Positions 10,431 to 22,754 of a stretch of DNA of 64,000 nucleotides are shown piece by piece. The DNA is from an uncultured Gemmatimonadales bacterium. Its GTDB lineage: Bacteria; Gemmatimonadota; Gemmatimonadetes; Gemmatimonadales; GWC2-71-9. How positions within the stretch are numbered: position 1 is the stretch's first letter; each line of letters begins with the position of its first letter. Under the pieces are notes generated by a model. The model saw nothing but the letters and a program-made list of their open reading frames with translations, had not been told where the DNA came from and did not search any database. The stretch spans positions 608,001 to 672,000 of the forward strand of contig CAWJIM010000019.1 in the NCBI GenBank assembly GCA_963842945.1, written 5' to 3'. The position numbers and the translations under genes were made by a program.

Positions 10431-11912
10431 CTACCCCGCCGCCTGCTGCACCTTCGAATGCCGCTTCCCGTAGAGGAAGTAGATCGCGAGCCCCAGCGCC
10501 ATCCACACGATGAGCCGCGCCCACGTGTCCACCGGGAGGCCGAGCATCAGGTAAAGGCACGCCCCGACCCCTCCGAGCGGAACCAGTGGGACCAGCGGAG
10601 TGCGGAACGGCCGCGGAATGTCCGGGTCGGTATAGCGCAGCACCAACACGCCCGCGCACACGATCGCGAACGCAAGCAGGGTTCCGATGCTGACCAGCTC
10701 GCCGAGCAGGCCGATCGGCAGCAGGCCGGCGAAGGTCATCGCTACGACGCCGGTGAGCGCGCTGGCGACCCAGGGGGTGCGGAACCTCGGGTGCACCGAG
10801 GCGAAGATCGGCGGGAGCAGGCCGTCCTTCGACATGGTGTAGAAGATCCGCGGCTGGCCCAGGAGCATCACCAGAATGACCGAGGAGAGCCCCGCGATCG
10901 CGCCGATCTTGATGATCGGGCGGAGCCAGGCCAACGACTCGCCCGTCGCGTTGATGCCGACGGCGATCGGATCGGGGACGTTGAGCTCGGAGTAGTGGAC
11001 GATACCGGTGAGGACGAGGGCGACCGCGATGTAGAGCACGGTACAGATCGCGAGCGAGCCGAGAATGCCGATCGGCATGTCCTTCTGCGGATTTCGACAC
11101 TCCTGCGCCGCCGTGGATACCGCGTCGAATCCGATGTAGGCGAAGAAGATCACGCCCGCGCCCCGGACGATGCCGTCCCAGCCGTACTTCCCGGGGCCCT
11201 CCGCCGGGGGCACGAACGGCGTCCAGTTATCGGCGTTCACGTAGGCGAGTCCGAAGGCGATGAACAGCAGCACCACGGTGAGCTTGACGACCACCGCGAA
11301 GTTGTTGAACGTCGCCGACTCGCTGATGCCGATGATCAGGAGAATGGTGATGAGCCCGACGATGAACATCGCCGGCACGTTGAGCACCGCGCCCGTCGCC
11401 GACCACCCCTCCGTGAACAATCGCCAGACGTTGAGGCCGGCGTCGGCCGGCGTGGTGTGGATGTAGGGGGCCGATGTGTATTCCGCCGGGATGACGATGC
11501 CCAGGTCCTTGAGGAACGACACCGTGTAGCCCGACCACCCCACCGCGACGGTCGAGGCCGCGAACAGGTATTCCAGGATCAGGTCCCACCCGATGATCCA
11601 GGCGAACAGCTCACCCAGCGTGGCATAGCCGTAGGTGTAGGCCGATCCCGCGATGGGGATCATGGCCGCGAACTCGGCGTAGCACAGACCGGCGAAGGCG
11701 CAGGCGGTGCCGGCCAGGATGAAGGAGATCACGATCCCGGGGCCGGCGTAGTTGGCGGCGGCCTGGCCCGTCAGCACGAAGATTCCCGCGCCGATGACCG
11801 CGCCGATGCCGAGCAGGACCAGGTTGACCGGTCCCAGCACACGCTTGAGGCTTTGATCCGCGGCGAGCTCGGCCTGGAGCGCGGACACATCCTTGCGACG
11901 GAAGAGGCTCAT
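10431..11912 (-). CDS. APC-family amino acid permease
   Basis: [17 protein letters not shown] and [10 protein letters not shown] motifs; many TM helices. Confidence 0.93.
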   Translation of the reverse strand: MSLFRRKDVSALQAELAADQSLKRVLGPVNLVLLGIGAVIGAGIFVLTGQAAANYAGPGIVISFILAGTACAFAGLCYAEFAAMIPIAGSAYTYGYATLGELFAWIIGWDLILEYLFAASTVAVGWSGYTVSFLKDLGIVIPAEYTSAPYIHTTPADAGLNVWRLFTEGWSATGAVLNVPAMFIVGLITILLIIGISESATFNNFAVVVKLTVVLLFIAFGLAYVNADNWTPFVPPAEGPGKYGWDGIVRGAGVIFFAYIGFDAVSTAAQECRNPQKDMPIGILGSLAICTVLYIAVALVLTGIVHYSELNVPDPIAVGINATGESLAWLRPIIKIGAIAGLSSVILVMLLGQPRIFYTMSKDGLLPPIFASVHPRFRTPWVASALTGVVAMTFAGLLPIGLLGELVSIGTLLAFAIVCAGVLVLRYTDPDIPRPFRTPLVPLVPLGGVGACLYLMLGLPVDTWARLIVWMALGLAIYFLYGKRHSKVQQAAG

Positions 11913-12023
11913 GAGACGCTCGTCGATTGTGGGAGCTGTGGGGGACTGCGCGAAAACCGCGTCGTGACGCGCGCGAGGGATGCGAGTCCCTCTCGCGATT
12001 CACCTGATCCGCTTCACCGCCTG

Positions 12024-14252
<2,229 letters not shown>

Positions 14253-14294
14253 TCACGGTAGGGCCGGGTCCTCCCCGCGTCTGTGACGAGTGCC

Positions 14295-15773
14295 CTAAGC
14301 CGTCTGCCGCCCCCGCCAGATCAGATACACCGGGATCCCGGTCGCCACGATGAGCAGTCCGGGCCAGGTGTAGAGTGGCTTCTCGAACAGCAGGATCACC
14401 ATCAGCGCGCCCACCGCCAGCAGGTAGAGCCCTGGCAGGACCGGGTAGCCGAACGCCTTGACCGGCCGGGGGAGGTCGGGTCTGAGCCGCCGCAGGCGGA
14501 AGAGCGCGATGGTGGTGAGGAAGTAGAAGACCAGCGCGGCGAAGATCACGTAGTCCAGCAGCTGGCCGTAAGTCCCGCTGATACAGAGGACCGAGGCCCA
14601 GACCGCCTGGGCCCAGAGACCGAAGACCGGGGTGCGGTGCTCGGGGTGGAGCTCGCCGGCCCGCTCGAAGAACAGCCGGTCGCGCGCCATGGCCCAGTAG
14701 ACGCGAGGACCGGCGAGGATCAGCCCGTTGTTGCACCCGAAGGTCGAGAACAGGATCGCGATCGCCATCACCGCCGCTGCGCCCGCACCGAGCGCGACCT
14801 CGATGGCCGCGGTGCCGACCCGGTCCTGCGCCGCGTGCTGGATGCCGCGGGCGAGCGCGTCCTGCCCGCTCGGATCGCCGTAGAAGGGCAGCACGTTGAG
14901 GTAGGCTACGTTGGTCAGGATGTAGAGCAGGCTCACCAGCCCGGTGCCCACGGCCAGCGCCATCGGCAGGTTCCGGCTCGGGTTCTGCACCTCCGCGGCG
15001 GCGAAGGTCACGTTGTTCCATGCGTCGCTGGAGAAGAGCGAGCCGACCATGGCCGCGCCGACCAGCGGGATCATCGCCAGGGTCCAGTCGCCCGTGCCCC
15101 AGAAGTCGGCGAAGTTGGCGGCCGCGACGGCCGGCTGGCGGAAGAGGGTGAGGCCGCAGATCACCAGCACCGCGAGCGCGCCCGCCTTGGCCACGGTGAA
15201 CACCGTCTGGATCGCCGCGCCGAGCCGCACCCCGCGGACGTTGAGCCAGGTGAGGAGCAGGATCGAGAGGATCGCGACGACGCGCTGCGGCGAGAGGCCG
15301 AGCTGGATTGCGTCGGGCGCGCCGGGCAGGCGGACTTGTCCCAGCGGCAGGAAGACATCGGGGCTCACCGACGGCACCAGCACGCTCAGGAAGCGGGCGA
15401 AGGCCACGGCGACGGCGGCGATGGTGCCGGTCTGGATGACGGCGAAGAGCGTCCAGCCGTAGAGGAACCCCGCGGCCGGTGAAAGGCCCTCTCGGAGGAA
15501 CACGTACTGTCCTCCGGCCTTCGGCATCATCGCCGCCAGCTCGGCATAGGAGAGTGCGGCGATCACGGTCATCAACCCGGTGATGACCCAGACCAGCAGG
15601 AGGCCGCCGGGCCCCCAGGGCGAGACCTGGCGGCTGATATCCGCCGAGACGATGAAGATCCCCGAGCCGATCATGGATCCGACCACCAGGGAGATCGCGG
15701 CCAGCGGACCGATGCCGCGGATGAACTCCGTGGATGGCACAGTCTTGGGCGCAGTCTGGGCGGGAGCCGCCAT
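14295..15773 (-). CDS. APC-family amino acid permease (LAT-like)
   Basis: GSMIGSGIF, GGQYVF and PRVYWAMARD motifs. Confidence 0.92.
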   Translation of the reverse strand: MAAPAQTAPKTVPSTEFIRGIGPLAAISLVVGSMIGSGIFIVSADISRQVSPWGPGGLLLVWVITGLMTVIAALSYAELAAMMPKAGGQYVFLREGLSPAAGFLYGWTLFAVIQTGTIAAVAVAFARFLSVLVPSVSPDVFLPLGQVRLPGAPDAIQLGLSPQRVVAILSILLLTWLNVRGVRLGAAIQTVFTVAKAGALAVLVICGLTLFRQPAVAAANFADFWGTGDWTLAMIPLVGAAMVGSLFSSDAWNNVTFAAAEVQNPSRNLPMALAVGTGLVSLLYILTNVAYLNVLPFYGDPSGQDALARGIQHAAQDRVGTAAIEVALGAGAAAVMAIAILFSTFGCNNGLILAGPRVYWAMARDRLFFERAGELHPEHRTPVFGLWAQAVWASVLCISGTYGQLLDYVIFAALVFYFLTTIALFRLRRLRPDLPRPVKAFGYPVLPGLYLLAVGALMVILLFEKPLYTWPGLLIVATGIPVYLIWRGRQTA

Positions 15774-15804
15774 ATCGCCTCGGCGTTGGGCTGTTAAGGA
15801 GCCA

Positions 15805-15871
15805 TGTCACCCTGAACGAAGTGAAGGGGACCATGCCTGAGATGGCCCCCTTCGCTGCGCTCAGGGTGACA
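15805..15871. repeat. REP-like palindromic element, copy B
   Basis: TGTCACCCTGAACGAAGTGAAGGGG...CCCCTTCGCTGCGCTCAGGGTGACA. Confidence 0.9.
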
Positions 15872-16232
15872 ACTTTCGACTGTCGGTATCCAGCTCTATC
15901 GGGGGGGTGACCGTCGGCGAGCGCTTGGTGGCGTCCTCCGCCGCCTTCACGGCCTCGTCCATCACTGCCTGGCCCGCCGCGGCGAGGCCCTTCATCACCT
16001 TCGCGGCCCCATCCACCAAACCCATCGTGCCGCTGATCGCCTGGATCGGCAGCTTGCCGGCGCGCATCGTGTCCTCGACCGTCTCGGTGAGCTTGGCGAA
16101 GATCCCGCCGGGCCGCGCGCGCTCCGCGTACTTGCTCTCGAGGAACTCGATGTAATCGAGGATCTGATAGCCACGATCGTCGCTCAGCGCGTCCAGCGCC
16201 CGCGCGATCCGCTGCTTGAGCAGGTCGTTCAT
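15861..16232 (-). CDS. Small hypothetical protein
   Basis: RBS and natural composition (ILDYIEFLESKY); stop lies inside repeat B. Confidence 0.7.
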   Translation of the reverse strand: MNDLLKQRIARALDALSDDRGYQILDYIEFLESKYAERARPGGIFAKLTETVEDTMRAGKLPIQAISGTMGLVDGAAKVMKGLAAAGQAVMDEAVKAAEDATKRSPTVTPPIELDTDSRKLSP

Positions 16233-16236
16233 CGGC

Positions 16237-17322
16237 TCATCCTCCTGCCCGGGCCAGACCCGGGGTGGCGACCAGCTCCGCCACCGGCGTGGCGAGATAG
16301 CGGGTCCGCGCCGCCTTGAGCGTCACTCGGAGCGTCATCTCGTGCAGCGACGGCAAAGCCCGGAATTCGGCGACCCGATCGGGCGGGATCATGACGTAGA
16401 CGAACCCGGCCTCGGGGAGTGGACCGCGGGTCAGGAGGTAGGGCTGACCGGACGGCATCTCGGGCCGCAGCTCGTCGGCGAGCTGCACGGCGATGATCTG
16501 CAGACGCCAGTCGAGCGTCTGGCCCACGAACTTCTCCGGCGTGGCCCGGACCTCGGCCGCGGTGATCCCGGCGAGCACGCCGGCCTGCGCCGGCTTGACG
16601 TCCGCCTCGGGGACCCAGCCCTCGACCTGCACCCGCACCCAGGCACCCGACCGACCGATCACCCGGGCCGGCGTGCCCGCCGGCAGCGTGGTCACCGCGC
16701 CGCTGTCGGGCAGGCGGCTCAAGCCCGTCTCCCGCAGCATCTCTACCCCTTCCGTTGACGCAGGTGCCGGCGCGGCCGTTGCGGTCCGGGCGACTGCGGA
16801 CCCGCTGTCAGGCCGCGCGGCCGTCCGCCGGTCCGCCTGTCCGCCGGTCCGCCCCTGCCGTCGCGTCGTATCCGCCACCTTCTTCGCCGGCACTGCCTCC
16901 CGCGGCACCCACCCGTCCCGCCGGACCCGGAACCACTTGCCCCGCTCGCCCACCCGCTCCAGCAGCGTGCCCTCCCGGGCCCGGCCCACGATGGGGCCAT
17001 TGGGCGCCTGGCGGAGGTTCTCGCCTTCGTCCGAGGTCACCACGAGGTCGAAGCCATCGCGCTGGGTGGGGGAGGTGGACGGCCGGTAGATCCAACCCTC
17101 CACCCTGACCTGGCGCCAGTCGCCATCGGACTTCCCGGCCTCCACCGGGGCGCCGGCCGGAAGGGAGACGAGCGGGGTGCCGTCGGGATCGCGGTGGAGA
17201 TCGGCGGGGGCCTGGAGTTCCCGCTCCTCCTGCGCCCAGGCGGGTCCGGCGAGGAGCAGAAGGGCCACCACGCAGGCTGGTAGCTGGCTCAGGCCGGGAC
17301 TAGATTGCGGCGCGTAACTCAC
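16237..17322 (-). CDS. Secreted protein with SH3b-like repeats
   Basis: Signal peptide; WRQVRVEGW, WFRVRRDGW and WVRVQVEGW repeats. Confidence 0.75.
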   Translation of the reverse strand: MSYAPQSSPGLSQLPACVVALLLLAGPAWAQEERELQAPADLHRDPDGTPLVSLPAGAPVEAGKSDGDWRQVRVEGWIYRPSTSPTQRDGFDLVVTSDEGENLRQAPNGPIVGRAREGTLLERVGERGKWFRVRRDGWVPREAVPAKKVADTTRRQGRTGGQADRRTAARPDSGSAVARTATAAPAPASTEGVEMLRETGLSRLPDSGAVTTLPAGTPARVIGRSGAWVRVQVEGWVPEADVKPAQAGVLAGITAAEVRATPEKFVGQTLDWRLQIIAVQLADELRPEMPSGQPYLLTRGPLPEAGFVYVMIPPDRVAEFRALPSLHEMTLRVTLKAARTRYLATPVAELVATPGLARAGG

Positions 17323-17352
17323 AGTCCGGCATTGTAGAACACGCGGAGATCC

Positions 17353-18903
17353 ATGTCAAACGGACGTCCCCGGAACCGGGTTGTCCTGGTGGTTCTGGAC
17401 GGCTGGGGGTACCGGCGCGAGCGCGAGGGGAACGCCATCGAGCTGGCCTCCACTCCCATCTGGCACCGGCTCTGGGAAGGCTTTCCGCGCACGCTGCTCG
17501 AGGCCAGCGAGCTGGCGGTGGGTCTCCCCGAAGGTCAGATGGGGAACAGCGAGGTCGGCCACCTGAACATCGGGGCCGGACGGGTGGTCCCCCAGGACCT
17601 GGTCCGCATCTCCCAGAGCATCCAATCCGGTGAATTCTACCAGCTTCCGCCGCTGGTCGAGCTCTGCGCCAGGCTGCGGGAGACGGGTGGCACCCTCCAC
17701 CTCGCCGGGCTCCTGGGGCCGGGCGGCGTCCATGCGCTCGACCGGCACCTGCTGGCCTGCGTCGAGCTGGGCGTGCGCCATCGGGTCCCGGCCATCGCCA
17801 TCCACGGATTCCTTGACGGACGCGACTCGCCGCCGACGCTGGGCGCGGAGGTGGTTCGCACCCTGCTCCAGGACATGCGGCGGATCGCGGGATCGCGGGT
17901 CGACGTGGCGTCGCTGACGGGACGGTACTACGGGATGGACCGGGACCGGCGCTGGGACCGCACCAAGCTGGCGTACGACGCGATGGTCCACGGCGTCGGC
18001 ACGCCGGTGGAGCATCCGGTGCTGGCGGTTCAGGCCGCGTACCAGCGGGGTGAGACCGACGAGTTCATCAAGCCCCTGGTCCACCACCGCAGCGGCAGGC
18101 CGGTGGCCGTGATGCAGGACGGCGACGGGGTGCTGTTCTTCAACTACCGCAGCGACCGAATGCGCCAGATCGTCGCCGCGCTGACGCTGGAGAACTTCGA
18201 AGAGTTCGAGCTCGGCTCCCGACCCCGGCTCTTCGCGGTCACGATGACCCAGTACGACCAGACCTTTCCGATTCCGCAGGCCTTCCCCCCCTTCAGCCTG
18301 GCCCGGATCCTGGCGCAGGTGCTCGCGGATCAGGGCCGCACCCAGTTTCGGACGGCGGAGACCGAGAAGTACCCCCACGTCACCTACTTCTTCAACGGCG
18401 GCCATGAGCCGCCCTATCCCGGCGAGGAGCGCCGCCTGGTGCCGTCGCAGCGGGTGGCGACCTACGATCTCGCGCCCGAGATGAGCGCGAAGGGCATCAC
18501 CGACGTGCTCTGCCGGACCATCGAGACCGGAGACCACGATTTCCTCCTGTGCAACTATGCGAACGCCGACATGGTCGGGCACACCGGTGTCCTCCCGGCG
18601 GTGATCAAGGCCGTCGAGACGGTGGATGGGTGCCTCGCACGCGTCCTGTCCAGCGCGGACAAGGCGGGCTGCCGCGTCCTGATCACGGCGGATCACGGGA
18701 ACAGCGAGATGATGATCGACCCGGTGACCGGCGGCGTACACACCGCCCACACGACCAATCCGGTGCCGTTCGTCGCGGTGGGGACGCAGGCCGCCAGCCT
18801 GCGGGCAGGCGGCTCCCTGCGCGACGTGGCGCCGACGGTGTTGCGGCTGCTCGGGCTCGAGCCGCCGACGGACATGACCGGCCGGGATCTGAGGGAGTGC
18901 TGA
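17353..18903 (+). CDS. gpmI: 2,3-bisphosphoglycerate-independent phosphoglycerate mutase
   Basis: LDGWG, GQMGNSEVGH, AETEKYPHVT and DHGN motifs. Confidence 0.97.
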   Translation: MSNGRPRNRVVLVVLDGWGYRREREGNAIELASTPIWHRLWEGFPRTLLEASELAVGLPEGQMGNSEVGHLNIGAGRVVPQDLVRISQSIQSGEFYQLPPLVELCARLRETGGTLHLAGLLGPGGVHALDRHLLACVELGVRHRVPAIAIHGFLDGRDSPPTLGAEVVRTLLQDMRRIAGSRVDVASLTGRYYGMDRDRRWDRTKLAYDAMVHGVGTPVEHPVLAVQAAYQRGETDEFIKPLVHHRSGRPVAVMQDGDGVLFFNYRSDRMRQIVAALTLENFEEFELGSRPRLFAVTMTQYDQTFPIPQAFPPFSLARILAQVLADQGRTQFRTAETEKYPHVTYFFNGGHEPPYPGEERRLVPSQRVATYDLAPEMSAKGITDVLCRTIETGDHDFLLCNYANADMVGHTGVLPAVIKAVETVDGCLARVLSSADKAGCRVLITADHGNSEMMIDPVTGGVHTAHTTNPVPFVAVGTQAASLRAGGSLRDVAPTVLRLLGLEPPTDMTGRDLREC

Positions 18904-19625
18904 TGGGGGTATGGGAACGCGTCGGGAAACGGAGTGTCACCCTGACCCCGAACGCAGTGAGGGGGAAGGGGACCATATCGGGCATGACCCCCCTCGCTAC
19001 GCTCACGGTGACAGTGACACTGGCGCTGGCGCTGCTCGCGCCGGGGGCACTCTTGGCCCAGGTGGGCCACCCACCGGGGAAATCGCCCTATCGCGACATC
19101 CGGAAAGGCCACACTTTCACCCCATTCGCCGCGTTTTTCGCCGGCGACGGGGGCCGCTTCGGGGTCGCGCCCCACGACGGCTGGGTCTATGGGTTCCGCT
19201 ACGACATCCGCACCGGCAGCACCATCCAGATGGGACTGCTCCTGGGTCATGGGCAGATGGAGCGGCGGATCCTAGACTCTCTGGTCGCGGGGGGGCAGGT
19301 CACGGGAACGGTGGACCAATCCACCACGTTCGTCGAAGCGGATCTCCAGTTGAACCTCACAGGCGGCAAGACCTGGCACCGTCTCGCGCCGTTCATCGGG
19401 GCCGGCATCGGACTCGCCTGGGCGGAAGAACCCGACCGGGGCTTCGAGCTGGGCACCAGGTTCACCTTTGCTCCGCACGCCGGTCTCCGCCTCTTCGTCA
19501 CCGACCGCATTCACCTGCGCGGCGACGCCCGCGTCATGTTCTGGAAGCTGAACTATCCCAACTCGAGCGAGTGGGACACGTCCGGATGGTACCAGGCCGG
19601 ACTGGGCTTCGGCTTCTCCCTGTAA
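18903..19625 (+). CDS. Outer-membrane beta-barrel protein (alternative start 18984)
   Basis: Signal peptide, alternating beta strands, C-terminal YQAGLGFGF. Confidence 0.7.
   Translation: MGVWERVGKRSVTLTPNAVRGKGTISGMTPLATLTVTVTLALALLAPGALLAQVGHPPGKSPYRDIRKGHTFTPFAAFFAGDGGRFGVAPHDGWVYGFRYDIRTGSTIQMGLLLGHGQMERRILDSLVAGGQVTGTVDQSTTFVEADLQLNLTGGKTWHRLAPFIGAGIGLAWAEEPDRGFELGTRFTFAPHAGLRLFVTDRIHLRGDARVMFWKLNYPNSSEWDTSGWYQAGLGFGFSL
18935..19013. repeat. REP-like palindromic element, copy C, overlapping the 5' end of the OMP gene
   Basis: TGTCACCCTGA..GAACGCAGTGAGGGG...CCCCTCGCTACGCTCACGGTGACA. Confidence 0.8.
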
Positions 19626-19629
19626 CACG

Positions 19630-20046
19630 ATGCCGGTTACCCTGACCCGGACGGTGGGCTTTCGCGCCGTACACCGCCTCTACCGCGCCGACTGGAGCGA
19701 GGCCCGGAACCGGGACGCGTTCGGCGCGTTGAGCGAGCCGCCGGGCCACCCGCATGACTACCGCTGCGCCGTGACCGTCGCCGGGCCGGTGGATCCGCAC
19801 ATGGCGATGGTGTTCGATCTCGCCCAGCTCGACCGTATTCTTCAGGAAGAGGTGGTGGACCGGCTGGACGGCAAGCACCTGAACCAGGACGTGCCGAGCC
19901 TGGCAGGGACGATCCCCACCTGCGAGGCGATCGCGCTGGCCGTGTTCCGCCACCTGCTGCCGCGTCTGCCTCGGGACGTCACCCTCGAGCGAGTGCGGAT
20001 CATGGAGGACCCCACGCTCTATGCCGACTGCACCGGACTCGACTGA
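19630..20046 (+). CDS. PTPS/QueD-family T-fold protein
   Basis: FRAVHRL, GHPHDY, LDGKHLN and PTCEAIA motifs. Confidence 0.85.
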   Translation: MPVTLTRTVGFRAVHRLYRADWSEARNRDAFGALSEPPGHPHDYRCAVTVAGPVDPHMAMVFDLAQLDRILQEEVVDRLDGKHLNQDVPSLAGTIPTCEAIALAVFRHLLPRLPRDVTLERVRIMEDPTLYADCTGLD

Positions 20047-20077
20047 GCCCCAGCGGCCGTCCAAGCGCGGGGGCCGG

Positions 20078-20836
20078 ATGTCGGAGCTCGCCGTCGTCGA
20101 GGAGACCGCCGTCTGGCTGGAGGTGAACGGGCGGCCCGCGGTCACCTGGATGTGCACGCCGGAGCTGCTCGAAGAGCTCGCCGTGGGATGGCTGCACGGT
20201 GAGGGGTACATCGACCGGGTGGACGAGGTCCAGCTCCGGCCCTGCGCCACCGACCTCGGCTTCTGGGCGCAGGTGCCGCCGGAGCGAGTGGCGGTGGTGC
20301 AGGCGGAGGGCCGCCGACCTGTGTTGGCATCGGGCTGCGGTGCCGTCTCCACGTTTCTAGCGGAACCCACGACGGTCGAGGGCAGCCCGCTCCGGGGGCT
20401 GCCGCCCCCACCCGAACACCTGCGTGCCCTGTTCAAGGCCCTCTTCGCCCGCGGTGAGCGCTACAAGGACACCGGCGGGATCCACGCCGCCGCGCTGGTC
20501 GAGCCGGCCGCGCCGGGGGCGGAGGCGGATAGCTGCCTGGTCTCCCACGCCGAGGACATCGGGCGGCACAACGCGGTGGACAAGTCCATCGGCGGCGCGT
20601 TGCTCGCCGGGCGGAAGGTGGCGGGGCTCGGGCTGCTGGTGACGGGCAGGATCTCCGCGGAGCTCGCGTTCAAGGCGGCGCGCGCCGGTCTGGCGTGGGT
20701 GGCGACGCCGTCGGTTCCCTCGACCCTCGCGGTGGAGATCGCCCGCCGGAGCGGGATGGTGCTGGTCGGGCGCGCCGTGAGCGGCACGCCGCACATGCAT
20801 GGGGCCGCCGGTCCCGAGACGAAGGACCACCGTTAG
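20078..20836 (+). CDS. fdhD: Formate dehydrogenase accessory sulfurtransferase
   Basis: TGGIHAAA, EDIGRHNAVDK and TGRISAE motifs. Confidence 0.93.
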   Translation: MSELAVVEETAVWLEVNGRPAVTWMCTPELLEELAVGWLHGEGYIDRVDEVQLRPCATDLGFWAQVPPERVAVVQAEGRRPVLASGCGAVSTFLAEPTTVEGSPLRGLPPPPEHLRALFKALFARGERYKDTGGIHAAALVEPAAPGAEADSCLVSHAEDIGRHNAVDKSIGGALLAGRKVAGLGLLVTGRISAELAFKAARAGLAWVATPSVPSTLAVEIARRSGMVLVGRAVSGTPHMHGAAGPETKDHR

Positions 20837-20848
20837 CCGGGAGCTTCG

Positions 20849-21634
20849 ATGCGCATCCGGGATCTCGCAGCCATCGCCGCCCTGCTTGCGTCTCCCTCCA
20901 CCGCGGCCATGGCCCAGAAGACCGGAGACCAGTCACGCATCGTCTTCACCGTCTCGGGCGCGTACATCGGGGGCAAGGGACTCTGGACGGTCCCCAACCA
21001 GCCGGTGCAGGACCCGCCCTTCGTGGACACCTTCAACCTCAATCGAAGCATCAAGTCCAACTTCGGGGCCGGCTTCTCCGGCGCCTACTTTCCCGGCGAG
21101 AACCTGGGCATCACCGCCGACTTCCTGCTTCTCGGCCTCGGCTACGACGACTCCTGCCAGATCGTGAACACTCCGGAGAGTCAGCGCAACCTGGAGGTGT
21201 GCGACGACATCGACGAGCAGGACAAATCCGCGGCCGCGGTGACATTCGCGGTCGGAGTGAACTTCCGCTTGGCGAGCCGCGAGTTCATCTCTCCCTTTGT
21301 CCGTGCGAATGCCGGCGTCCTGTTCGCCAACCAGAGCTCGATCCTGGTGCAGGGTGTGAGCAACGAGGGCGTGCTGCTCACCATCTACGAGGACGAGAAG
21401 CGGGAGAGCGTGACCCCCGCGTTCGCGCTTGGCGTCGGGGCGTCGATGCAGATCAGCCGCGGCTATCACCTGCGCTGGGAGGTCCGCGACAACATCGTGG
21501 GCATCGACGCCGTCACCGGCCCGACCACCGCGCCGCGGTTCGAGCCGCCCCACGAGCAGGTGTTCAAGCACATGTTCAGCGTGCTCATCGGCATCGACGT
21601 GATCCTCGAGCGGGACCGGGGGAGGCGCTACTGA
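20849..21634 (+). CDS. Outer-membrane beta-barrel protein
   Basis: Signal peptide, amphipathic strands, C-terminal GRRY. Confidence 0.65.
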   Translation: MRIRDLAAIAALLASPSTAAMAQKTGDQSRIVFTVSGAYIGGKGLWTVPNQPVQDPPFVDTFNLNRSIKSNFGAGFSGAYFPGENLGITADFLLLGLGYDDSCQIVNTPESQRNLEVCDDIDEQDKSAAAVTFAVGVNFRLASREFISPFVRANAGVLFANQSSILVQGVSNEGVLLTIYEDEKRESVTPAFALGVGASMQISRGYHLRWEVRDNIVGIDAVTGPTTAPRFEPPHEQVFKHMFSVLIGIDVILERDRGRRY

Positions 21635-21642
21635 GCGGCGGC

Positions 21643-22281
21643 GTGCGGGGCGCGATCCTCGCGGGCGGCGGCGCCACGAGATTCGGCGGCCGCCCGAAGG
21701 GGCTGGAGACAGTCGGCGGCGAGCGGATCCTCGATCGCCTGGTGCGGGTGATGACGGCGGCCTTCGGCGGGCCGCCGTTGCTCGTTGCCAACGCCCCCGA
21801 GGCGCCGAGCTGGCGCCCGGACCTGCGCGTCGTGCCCGACGTGCGGCCGGGCCTCGGGTCGCTGGGTGGGATCTACACCGCGGTGGTGGAGACCCCCGCC
21901 CCCGTGGTCCTCGTCGCCTGGGACATGCCCTTCGTCTCCGAGGGACTGCTGCGCCGGCTGGGCGAGGGTCTCGGAGCGCACGACGCCTTCCTGCCGCAGA
22001 GCGACGGCCGCCGGGGCCTGGAGCCGCTGTGCGCCGGGTACGGTCCGGCCTGCCGCGACGCCATCGCGCAGTGTCTCGACCGGGGCGATCTCCGGGCCAT
22101 CGCCTTCCATGAGCGCATCGGCGTCGGTATCCTCCCCCTGTCCGAGGTCGCCCGCTACGGCGACCCGGAGGTCCTGTTCTTCAACGTGAACACCGCGGAC
22201 GACCTGGCGCGCACGGAAGAGCTGTGGCGACGAGAATCATCTCCATCATCGGCCGGAAGAACGCCGGAAAGACGACCCTGA
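21643..22281 (+). CDS. mobA: Molybdenum cofactor guanylyltransferase
   Basis: ILAGGGATRFGGRPKG, WDMPF, EPLCA and NVNT motifs. Confidence 0.92.
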   Translation: MRGAILAGGGATRFGGRPKGLETVGGERILDRLVRVMTAAFGGPPLLVANAPEAPSWRPDLRVVPDVRPGLGSLGGIYTAVVETPAPVVLVAWDMPFVSEGLLRRLGEGLGAHDAFLPQSDGRRGLEPLCAGYGPACRDAIAQCLDRGDLRAIAFHERIGVGILPLSEVARYGDPEVLFFNVNTADDLARTEELWRRESSPSSAGRTPERRP

Positions 22282-22754
22282 CGGTCGCCCTGGCGAGCGA
22301 GCTCGTGCGCCGGGGCCACCGGGTCATGACCATGAAGCACGCCGACCACCCCGCCCAGGTGGACCAGCCCGGCGTGGACAGCTGGCGGCACTTCCACGAG
22401 GGCCGCGCGGAGCGGGTGCTCCTGGTGAGCCCCGACATGCGGGCGCTCTTCCACCGCGCGCCCGAGGACTACGATCCGATCGGCCTCGCGCGCGAGTACC
22501 TCCCCGGCGCCGACATCGTCCTGGTCGAAGGCTTCAAGCGGGCGCCCATTCCCAAGATCGAGGTCTTTCGCCGGGCGGTCGCTCCCAGTCCGCTGTACGA
22601 TCCCGCCGGGAGCAACGCGAGCGAGTGGGTGGCGATCGTCACCGACGACTACGGCTTCGATGCCGACGTCCGGATCCTGCGCTTCAACGACACCATGTGG
22701 CTCCAGCTCCTGGCGAACCTGGCCTGGGAGCACGCGCTGACGCTGGAGCCATGA
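22224..22754 (+). CDS. mobB: Molybdopterin-guanine dinucleotide biosynthesis protein B
   Basis: GRKNAGKTT, DSWRH and VEGFK motifs. Confidence 0.92.
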   Translation: MATRIISIIGRKNAGKTTLTVALASELVRRGHRVMTMKHADHPAQVDQPGVDSWRHFHEGRAERVLLVSPDMRALFHRAPEDYDPIGLAREYLPGADIVLVEGFKRAPIPKIEVFRRAVAPSPLYDPAGSNASEWVAIVTDDYGFDADVRILRFNDTMWLQLLANLAWEHALTLEP

